Part shown: in pieces, positions 56,876 to 64,000 of the stretch
How positions within the stretch are numbered: position 1 is the stretch's first letter
Layout: every line of letters begins with the position of its first letter
DNA from: an uncultured Acidimicrobiales bacterium
Lineage (GTDB): Bacteria; Actinomycetota; Acidimicrobiia; Acidimicrobiales; SHLQ01
Length of the DNA stretch: 64,000 bases
Assembly (NCBI GenBank): GCA_938023735.1
Contig: CALJDK010000025.1
Coordinates: 102,016-166,015, forward strand
Reading direction: 5' to 3'
The notes under the pieces: model-generated
Told to the model about the DNA's origin: nothing
What the model saw: only the letters and a program-made list of their open reading frames with translations
The model's database searches: none
Made by a program: the position numbers and the translations under genes

Positions 56876-57214
56876 CTAGATCGGCTGAAAGAGCACCACT
56901 TCGATGCCGTTTGGCGCTCGAAGCGCGAATGAGCGGTCGCCCCACCGGCTGGCCCGAAGGGGGTGTACCACGTCGGGGCTATCCGCCCACTGCTCCCACA
57001 CGTCGTCGAGGTCAGTTACCTCGATCGAGATGCCCATGCCCGATGGTGCGGCGTTGGTATCGAGGAAGACTTCGAGCCTTGTGCCGCCGAGGTCGATCAT
57101 CATGCCGCCGGGAAATGTTTTGATGATGGCAAAGCCCAAACGGTCGACCCAGAACTTCTTCTCGGCGACCACGTCGGGCACAAGCAATTTCAGCCGAACT
57201 TCTCCGATATCCAT
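56876..57214 (-). CDS. VOC/glyoxalase family protein
   Basis: FWVDRLGF, IEVTDLD, WGDRSFALRAPNG. Confidence 0.85.
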   Translation of the reverse strand: MDIGEVRLKLLVPDVVAEKKFWVDRLGFAIIKTFPGGMMIDLGGTRLEVFLDTNAAPSGMGISIEVTDLDDVWEQWADSPDVVHPLRASRWGDRSFALRAPNGIEVVLFQPI

Positions 57215-57283
57215 CAGCCTCAAGCCTAACCAGCGGCTATCGATCAGTACGCCACCCGAGCATCTCGTGAGCCTAGGAAAGAG

Positions 57284-59602
57284 CTAGCTGGGTTTGGGAA
57301 TCATCGCTGGCCAGCTGCCAATGATGCCGTCGGATTCCAGCTGGGTGATCTGGCTGGCGGTTCGGCCTAACGACTCGAGCACGTCATGGTTGTTTTGACC
57401 GAGGGTCGGTGCTGGTCCGCCCAGGTCGAGGTGGTTGCCGTTTACTTGCCAGGGGTAGCTCGGGTAGGGGGTCCAGCCGGTCACGGGATGTTCGAACCAT
57501 TGCAGAAAGCTGCGGAAGGTATCCTGGGGCGACCGGCCGGTGTCGTTGAAGTGCATGCATGGCCCAGCGGGTATTCCGGCACGCCACAACGCCGACGCCG
57601 CAGCCGTGGCTGACCGGCTGGCGGCCCAAGACTTCAGCGCGTTGAGATCGTTGCCACCGGCGATGGTGGCCAGTGCGGCAAGGTGGTCGTCGGTTGTGCA
57701 GCTGACCGCAAGCCAGGTGTCGGGTTCGATGCACTCGGCGAGGCCCTGCACCTTGGCCGTCGGGCCTTGATTTCCCTGGCGCGACAGCACCTCTCCGAAC
57801 GCCGAGTACTCGATGACCTGCTCTGCGGCAGCTTGCAGTGCGCCTTCGATTAACGGCACCTCCACAAGTTGGCCGACGCCAAGGCGTTCGCGGTCGGCCA
57901 GCGCCATGATGGCGGCGGTTGCCGCGTGCATGCCGGCCAGGGTGTCCACGGGTCCGCGGGGCACCGTAGGGCTTCCATCGGACCAGCCGGTGCGGTTGGC
58001 CAGACCGCTGACCTGCTCCATGTTCATGGCGAACCCAACCCGATCACGCCAGGGCCCCTTCGTGCCGTAGGCCGGCACCCGCAGGAAAATGGTCTGGTCG
58101 TTCGCAGCGCTAATGGCATCCCAGGTAAGCCCCCAGGATTCGGTGACCCGCGGGCTGAAGTTCTCGATCACAATGTCGGCGTCGCTGATGAGATCGAAGG
58201 TGAGTTCGAGCCCGCGCTCATCGGACAAGTCGATGGCAAGAACTCGTTTGCCGGCGTTGGCGCCGTGATACACCGGCGACCACTCCCAAAGCTCCTCATG
58301 CATAGGGATCGGCAGGCCGCTGGCCCAACGCATGCCGTCGAGGCGAGTGTGCCCTTCTACCTTGATCACGTCGGCGCCGAGCACCCGCAGCAGATTGGTG
58401 GCGACGGGGCCCGCCCAAAAGGCAGACAGGTCGACGACCTTGATGCCGGCGAGTGGTTGATCGGTGCTCGAGCGCAGTACGGGTGGAGAGAGAGTGGATT
58501 CGACCGTCGAGGCTGCTTCAGCAAGAGTTGGCGCGGGGCGAAGCGGAGCAAGCTCGGATGCCGAGAACTGGAATGGCGACCGAGGTTGCACAAATCCGTG
58601 CGGGTTCTCGACAAACACCTTCTGATCGACGAATTGGTCGAAGCTGGTGATCTTGTCGCCGACACCGATTGGTCCGGCCGGAATACGAAACGACGTAGCG
58701 AGCTCGACGAGCTCGTCGACCGTGTGTTCGGACGTGAACGCTCGAATTCGCTCCCACACCTCGTAGCGATGTTCCATTCGGCCATGGAATTTCGCTAGGC
58801 GAGGATCGTCGGCCCACTCTGGGGCTCCGACCATGTGGCAGAAGTCCTGCCACTGCTGAGCGGTCATCGCGCAGAACCCGACCATCCCATCCTTTGCGGG
58901 CTCGATCGAGGGGATCTCGATCTGGCGGGTCGGACGCATGTCGGGAGCGAATGAATCGAAGATCGGCCGATAGGTCTGGAACGCCAGCATCATCGCCTCG
59001 ATCTGCGAACAGTCGACGTGAGCGCCGACGCCAGAGTCGGCTGCAGCGAGGGCGAAGGACAGCACGGCGGGAGCCATGAATGCCGCAGCGACAAAATCGC
59101 CCAACTGGCCACCCACCGAGATGGGCTCCTCTCCGGGAATGCCGCGGTTCTCGGTGGCACCAACCAGCGCCTGCAGTACGAATTCGTTGGTGGGCCGATC
59201 CGCCCACGGCCCGCTGGCACCAAAGGGCGTGAGCGTTGCCACGATGGCTGCAGGGTTCATTGCTCGCAGATCTGCGGGGCGAATGTTGAGGCGAGCGGCG
59301 TCGGCGGGTCGGTGGTCGTCGAGCACTAGGTGTGCATCGGCAATATGTGACTCGAGGTCTCCGGCGCTAGCGTCGAGGTCGAAAACCACCGACGTCTTTC
59401 CAGCGTTCAGAAACTGAAACATCGGCCCGTCGGCACCGTTGGGAATGGCGCTTCCAGACGCCGACCATCGACGCATGGGGTCGCCGCTGGGGGACTCGAT
59501 TTTCGTGACCTGCGCGCCCCCGTCGACGAGCACCTTGCTCACGTACGGGACCGCGATGTTTGAGCCCATCTCGACGACTCGCAGACCAGAGAGCGGGAAC
59601 AT
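57284..59602 (-). CDS. Family III CoA-transferase (CaiB/BaiF), tandem two-domain
   Basis: Two repeats: PLSGLRVVE..GAQVTKIE..GDP.R and PLAGIKVVDLSAFWAGP..GADVIKVE; ENFSP, PTLGQ. Confidence 0.92.
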   Translation of the reverse strand: MFPLSGLRVVEMGSNIAVPYVSKVLVDGGAQVTKIESPSGDPMRRWSASGSAIPNGADGPMFQFLNAGKTSVVFDLDASAGDLESHIADAHLVLDDHRPADAARLNIRPADLRAMNPAAIVATLTPFGASGPWADRPTNEFVLQALVGATENRGIPGEEPISVGGQLGDFVAAAFMAPAVLSFALAAADSGVGAHVDCSQIEAMMLAFQTYRPIFDSFAPDMRPTRQIEIPSIEPAKDGMVGFCAMTAQQWQDFCHMVGAPEWADDPRLAKFHGRMEHRYEVWERIRAFTSEHTVDELVELATSFRIPAGPIGVGDKITSFDQFVDQKVFVENPHGFVQPRSPFQFSASELAPLRPAPTLAEAASTVESTLSPPVLRSSTDQPLAGIKVVDLSAFWAGPVATNLLRVLGADVIKVEGHTRLDGMRWASGLPIPMHEELWEWSPVYHGANAGKRVLAIDLSDERGLELTFDLISDADIVIENFSPRVTESWGLTWDAISAANDQTIFLRVPAYGTKGPWRDRVGFAMNMEQVSGLANRTGWSDGSPTVPRGPVDTLAGMHAATAAIMALADRERLGVGQLVEVPLIEGALQAAAEQVIEYSAFGEVLSRQGNQGPTAKVQGLAECIEPDTWLAVSCTTDDHLAALATIAGGNDLNALKSWAASRSATAAASALWRAGIPAGPCMHFNDTGRSPQDTFRSFLQWFEHPVTGWTPYPSYPWQVNGNHLDLGGPAPTLGQNNHDVLESLGRTASQITQLESDGIIGSWPAMIPKPS

Positions 59603-59613
59603 GAGCGTGTCTC

Positions 59614-60714
59614 CTAGGAGGCGATGAGCTTGCCGAGTTCGGCGAGGTGACTACTGGCCGAGCCGAGCGTGTTTGCCCGCTGCTTTACCGCCAGGTACTG
59701 ACGATGCACCGGGTAGGAAACGTCGGCACCAGCGCTGCCGTGCAGATGTTGGGTGGAGTGCACAACCTGCGAGCCTCCGTCGGCCGCCCACCACGCCGCA
59801 ACCAGCACTTCCTCCTCGGCATCGGCTCCCTCGTCGAGTTTCCAGGCAGCCTGATGGGTAGTGAGGCGAATGCAATCGATTGCTATCGAAGCGTCGGCTA
59901 GGCGTTGCGAGTACGCCTGGTTGGTAGCGATTGGTTTGCCGAACTGCTCGCGGTTGTTGGCGTGTTCGACCGTGAGCTCCACCGCCTGATCGCAGGCACC
60001 CAAGACAACCGCACCGCTAAGGACCCGGCTGATGTGGATGGCTGCCGGCAACGCGGTGGTACCGCCGGGTAGGAGGTCGATGGAAGAAACGTGGACGTCG
60101 TCGAATGAAACGTCGGATTGGAGTTGATGGTTGGTGGTTTCGTTGGTGCGAAGCGATACGCCTGCTGCGTTGGGGTCGACCAGCGCGAACAGCACCCCGT
60201 CGGCGGTCTGCACCGGCACCAGCAACGTCGTGGCGTCGGCGACGGCACCGACGGCTGGCTTTGAACCGGAAATTCGAAGACCGTCGTCGACCGGAGCGCC
60301 GGTAACAGAGAGTTGCGTCGGGTCGTTGATGCCCCATTCTTCCATCGCCATCACCACAACAACTTCGCCGGCCGCGATCCCAGGCAACAGTCGCGCTTGT
60401 TGTTCTTCGGTGCCGAAACGGGCGAGCACGAGCGCCGATGCAAGAGTCTCCTCTAGGGGCATCGGCGATAGCGAGTGGCCATAGCCTTCGAGTACCAAGC
60501 CAGCTTCGAACACACCGAATCCCAACCCGCCGTAAGATTCGGGTACGACGACACCGAGAAGGCCGGTTTCGGCCAGCGTGGCCCACAACGCTCGATCGAA
60601 CCGATCGTGGCTGGCGGCTATCAATTCCATCGATTCCACCGAGGTCGAGGTGGTGAAGACCTGATGAGCAAGGTCTCGCAACGCTGCCTGTTCTTCGGAA
60701 AGATTGAAGTCCAT
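59614..60714 (-). CDS. Acyl-CoA dehydrogenase, FadE27-like partner subunit
   Basis: MDFNLSEEQ, REQFGKPI, QHLHG; lacks the TEP..GSD motif. Confidence 0.85.
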   Translation of the reverse strand: MDFNLSEEQAALRDLAHQVFTTSTSVESMELIAASHDRFDRALWATLAETGLLGVVVPESYGGLGFGVFEAGLVLEGYGHSLSPMPLEETLASALVLARFGTEEQQARLLPGIAAGEVVVVMAMEEWGINDPTQLSVTGAPVDDGLRISGSKPAVGAVADATTLLVPVQTADGVLFALVDPNAAGVSLRTNETTNHQLQSDVSFDDVHVSSIDLLPGGTTALPAAIHISRVLSGAVVLGACDQAVELTVEHANNREQFGKPIATNQAYSQRLADASIAIDCIRLTTHQAAWKLDEGADAEEEVLVAAWWAADGGSQVVHSTQHLHGSAGADVSYPVHRQYLAVKQRANTLGSASSHLAELGKLIAS

Positions 60715-60718
60715 TGGG

Positions 60719-61885
60719 CTAGCGCCTTCCCGGTCGGGTTAGGCCCAGACGCATCCACGCCACCATGTCGCGCTGGACCTCGTTGACGCCTCCGCCAAAG
60801 GTATTGATCTGTGCCGCACGCCCGGCCCGTTCGAGTCGGCCGGCCAGGACAGCACCCTGGGAACCGGGGCGGACTCGGCCGGCGGTACCCATGATGCCGA
60901 GTAACAGGTTGTACACGGTCACGGCGCTTTCGGTGCCGTACACCTTCACCGCCGATGAATCGCCGCCAGAGAGTTCGTCCTGGTCCACGGCTTGAAGCAT
61001 TTTCCAATTGAGGAGATTCATGGCGTTAAGGAGCACCTTGCAACGAGCAAGGTCGGAACGCACCCAGTCGAGTTCGAGCAGCCCCTCGGCCTTCGACCAC
61101 TCGACCGCTTGGTCATAGAGCTCGAGTGCCTCGACCGAGATGGCGCTGAGTCCAACCCGTTCGTGGTTGAGCTGGTTGGTAATGAGGCCCCAACCGCCGT
61201 TGCGTTCGCCCACCAGGTTGCCTGCCGGCACCCGTACGTTGTCGTAGTAGGTGGCGTTGGATCGCATGCCGCTGATGGTTGCGAGGCCCGTGTAGGAGAA
61301 GCCCTCGCTGGTCGTGGGAACAATGATGATCGAGATTCCGCGATGTTTCTTGGCGTCCTGGTCGGTGCGACAGGCCAGCCACACGTAGTCGGCCTCGTGG
61401 GCGCTACTCGTCCAGATCTTTTGTCCGTTGATAACGAACTCATCGCCATCGAGGTCGGCACGGCTCTGCAGACTGGCCAGGTCGGTGCCGGCGTTGGGTT
61501 CGGTGTAGCCGATTGCGAAAACGATTTCGCCCGACAGAATGCCCGGCAAGAACTTCTTCTTGTGCTCGTCGGATCCCTGCGAGATGAGGGTTGGGCCAAC
61601 GGTATTTATGGTTACGAAGGGCACCGGGCAGTCGGCCCGCTTGGCCTCGTCGGCGAAGATGAACTGGTCGGCAAGCGAGCGCCCCTGGCCACCAAACTCG
61701 GTGGGCCAGCCCACGCCCATCCATCCGTCGGCCCCAAGCTGTCGGAAGAGGCTACGCCGCACCGCGGTGGCAGTCTCGGTGTCATCAAGGAGCTTTGTGC
61801 GGATCTCGGGCGTAAGTAGTGCGTCGAAATACTCCCGAAGTTGCCCACGAAACGCCCGTTGCTCGGCGCTTTCTTGCAGATACAT
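60719..61885 (-). CDS. Acyl-CoA dehydrogenase, FadE26-like catalytic subunit
   Basis: IGYTEPNAGTDL, NGQKIWTS, QLNHER, INTFGGGVNEVQR. Confidence 0.9.
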   Translation of the reverse strand: MYLQESAEQRAFRGQLREYFDALLTPEIRTKLLDDTETATAVRRSLFRQLGADGWMGVGWPTEFGGQGRSLADQFIFADEAKRADCPVPFVTINTVGPTLISQGSDEHKKKFLPGILSGEIVFAIGYTEPNAGTDLASLQSRADLDGDEFVINGQKIWTSSAHEADYVWLACRTDQDAKKHRGISIIIVPTTSEGFSYTGLATISGMRSNATYYDNVRVPAGNLVGERNGGWGLITNQLNHERVGLSAISVEALELYDQAVEWSKAEGLLELDWVRSDLARCKVLLNAMNLLNWKMLQAVDQDELSGGDSSAVKVYGTESAVTVYNLLLGIMGTAGRVRPGSQGAVLAGRLERAGRAAQINTFGGGVNEVQRDMVAWMRLGLTRPGRR

Positions 61886-61979
61886 CGAAAGACCCCCAGT
61901 TTAGATTCTAGCTTGCTGGCCTTGTGCCCGCAGGACCCACCGTGGTCAGTGAGCCCCGAGCGCGTGCCAGCCTAGAAAG

Positions 61980-62474
61980 TCACGCCATCAGCTCGTGAAG
62001 GTCCATCGATGGTGGTGGAAAGGTCGTCATCTCGCCGCTTGCTGACTCGAGGTTGGTGCGGGCGAAGGAGCGATAGAAGCGCTGCGCCATCTTCCAGGTG
62101 CCATTGGCATCTCGTTCGAAGCGGTCGTGGTAGACGCCGTATGCATCGGTCCGAACGCCCTCGTCGCGATCGTGACGGATTTCCTGCATATACATACGAC
62201 CTGCAGCGACACCACGGGCAACGTCGGTTTCGATGATGGTGTTGAGGATGACGAACTCGAAGAAGTCGAAACGCTCAATCTGGCTCGAGATGAAGCTGCC
62301 AATCTGCTCGGGGCCTGCGAACTCGTAGCTCTGGGCAACCGTATCGATGGTGATCGGGCAATCCGGCACCATGATGGAACTCAGCTCGCTCCAAGCCTGT
62401 CGGCTTACGACGTCGGCGTAGCCTCGCTGCACGCGTTCGATCGCTACGTAGGCCAGCAGTTCCTCGTTGGTCAT
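61980..62474 (-). CDS. SnoaL/NTF2-like protein
   Basis: AIERVQRGYADVV, GVYHDRF...WKMAQR. Confidence 0.8.
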   Translation of the reverse strand: MTNEELLAYVAIERVQRGYADVVSRQAWSELSSIMVPDCPITIDTVAQSYEFAGPEQIGSFISSQIERFDFFEFVILNTIIETDVARGVAAGRMYMQEIRHDRDEGVRTDAYGVYHDRFERDANGTWKMAQRFYRSFARTNLESASGEMTTFPPPSMDLHELMA

Positions 62475-62511
62475 TTGCGGAGTCTCGCGCAGCCGCCGAA
62501 TCTGCGCCCGT

Positions 62512-64000
62512 TCAGACGGTGAGGGGCGCTGGGAGGGGTTGGCTGTGGACGATGGTCAGCCGCTGGACTGCTCGGGTGAGGGCCACATAGAGCAGCCGGA
62601 GTCCGGTGAGCTCCTCGGGGTACAGCGTGGCGAACGCTGCCGGTTCGACGACCACCACCACATCGAACTCGAGGCCTTTCACCACTGCGGCGTCTACAAC
62701 CGAGAGGGCGGCGCCCAGGGTTTCGGACTTGCGAGTATCGACCGGGTCGGCACCGTCGGCTTTCAGGCCTTGGAGCACCGCGTCAACCATTGGCGACGGT
62801 ACGATCACGCCGGTGGTCTGAAACTCACCGGCTACGTCGCCAGCGGCGGCGACGGTGGCCGCAATAAGGTCGTCTGGGGAGACGGTTTGGAGGTTGGGTC
62901 CCGGCCCGCCGTGGCGAACCGACGTTGACGGCGTGATCTCTGGAGCGGTGACGGGTAAGAGTTGGTTCGCGAAGTCGAGCAGCGGTCCGGGAACCCGGTA
63001 GCCCACCGTCAGTTCGGCCGTGCGGACGTTGGTTTGGTCGGTGTCGATGCCTAACGCCGCAACGACGTCGTCCCAACTCGATTGGGCCGATGGTGCGGTG
63101 GCCTGCGCTATGTCGCCAAGGATGGTGAGCGAACCCTTTCGAGCCCGACGGCCTACCACCCGAAGCGCCATCGCGCTCAGGTCTTGAGCCTCGTCGACCA
63201 CCACGTGGCCATACTGGGTTGCTGTGCCGGCACTGAGCGCTTGGGCTTCGTCGAGGAGCGCGAGGTCGGCCTCGGTCCATTGCTCGTCGGCGGTCTTCTT
63301 GGTCGGCTTGCGGTGGAGAAGTGCCCGTTCTTGGTCGGTCAGGAGGGTGCTACTTGCGCGGGCGAGCAGCGCCTTATTGCCGAGCGTTTGCTGCACGAGT
63401 GTGGTCGCTCCGAAGTTCGGCCAGCAGCGGCTGATGAGTCGTTTGAGCGGATCGCCAGAGCGGAGTGCCGCGACGGTCTGGTCGACTTGAAGCTCGCCGA
63501 TGCCGCGGTCGATCAACTGCTGCTTCGCTTCGCGCAAAAGCACCTGGGTAAACACCGAACGAGCGCTGTTCAGCGGCAAGTTGCGAGCCAGAGCGGTCTT
63601 TTGTGCGAGGGAGATCTGGGTAGGGGAGAGGCTCACCGATCGCGCCCCCACCGGCAGGCGTTCGTCGTCGGCGGGCACCTTGAGCTTGTCGAGAGCTGCG
63701 GCCCGAAGAACCTCGGCCATTCGGATGTCGCCTTTGAGCACATGCGTCTCGATGTCGTCTTCGCCACGCACCCGATACTTCACGTCGAGGAGCGATCGAA
63801 CGGTTGCCTGGCTAACGGCCGTTTCCCCGAGCGACGGAAGCACGTTGCCGACATAACGAAGGAACATTCGATTCGGCCCGACAACAAGCACGCGATCGGT
63901 GCTCAGTTCTTCGCGGTGTTCGTAGAGTAGGAATGCTGCACGGTGTAGCCCAACAGCGGTCTTCCCGGTGCCCGGCCCGCCCTGCACGATGAGGCATTCG
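62512..64000 (-). CDS. helD: HelD-family RNA polymerase recycling ATPase; partial, starts beyond the right edge
   Basis: VQGGPGTGKTAVGLHRAAFLLY, GPN..FLRY...VLPSLGE, VVVDEAQD, GDIAQ, KGLEFD, LYVALTRA. Confidence 0.88.
   Translation of the reverse strand, partial: ECLIVQGGPGTGKTAVGLHRAAFLLYEHREELSTDRVLVVGPNRMFLRYVGNVLPSLGETAVSQATVRSLLDVKYRVRGEDDIETHVLKGDIRMAEVLRAAALDKLKVPADDERLPVGARSVSLSPTQISLAQKTALARNLPLNSARSVFTQVLLREAKQQLIDRGIGELQVDQTVAALRSGDPLKRLISRCWPNFGATTLVQQTLGNKALLARASSTLLTDQERALLHRKPTKKTADEQWTEADLALLDEAQALSAGTATQYGHVVVDEAQDLSAMALRVVGRRARKGSLTILGDIAQATAPSAQSSWDDVVAALGIDTDQTNVRTAELTVGYRVPGPLLDFANQLLPVTAPEITPSTSVRHGGPGPNLQTVSPDDLIAATVAAAGDVAGEFQTTGVIVPSPMVDAVLQGLKADGADPVDTRKSETLGAALSVVDAAVVKGLEFDVVVVVEPAAFATLYPEELTGLRLLYVALTRAVQRLTIVHSQPLPAPLTV

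Noticed and set aside
61895-61920. KstR operator upstream of the ACAD pair
   Set aside because: ctagaatctaaac does not match TnnAACnnGTTnnA.

Overview
GC-rich actinobacterial chromosome segment; gene content and order suggest Acidimicrobiia (inference, no phylogeny run). Left: partial F420 FO synthase fbiC, an HxlR regulator, tal-tkt, a FIST protein, dacB, a stand-alone Lon-N protein and a holin-X-like trio. Centre: a complete Pup-proteasome locus (trmI, ferredoxin, arc, dop, pup, prcB, prcA, pafA, pafB, pafC) followed by lepB, tatB-tatC, helY, a two-domain thyX and several low-complexity, highly charged proteins. Right: an ECF sigma/putative anti-sigma pair, a DUF222/HNH gene, a lipid/steroid/aromatic catabolic block (P450, SDRs, split-barrel flavin/F420 proteins, family III CoA-transferase, heteromeric acyl-CoA dehydrogenase pair) and a partial helD. 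No rRNA, tRNA, CRISPR array, integrase or transposase was recognised. The most notable signals are non-coding. Two near-identical sigma-28 (FliA/WhiG)-type promoters precede orphan genes inserted in the proteasome/Tat locus. A correctly spaced PafBC (RecA-NDp)-type promoter precedes the HNH gene. There is also a dispersed GTGYCWGRCAC palindrome family, a strand-biased TTCG(CT)-rich structured element and an 11-bp repeat with a G-quadruplex motif. All calls come from reading the sequence, with no database searches, so novelty is untested.
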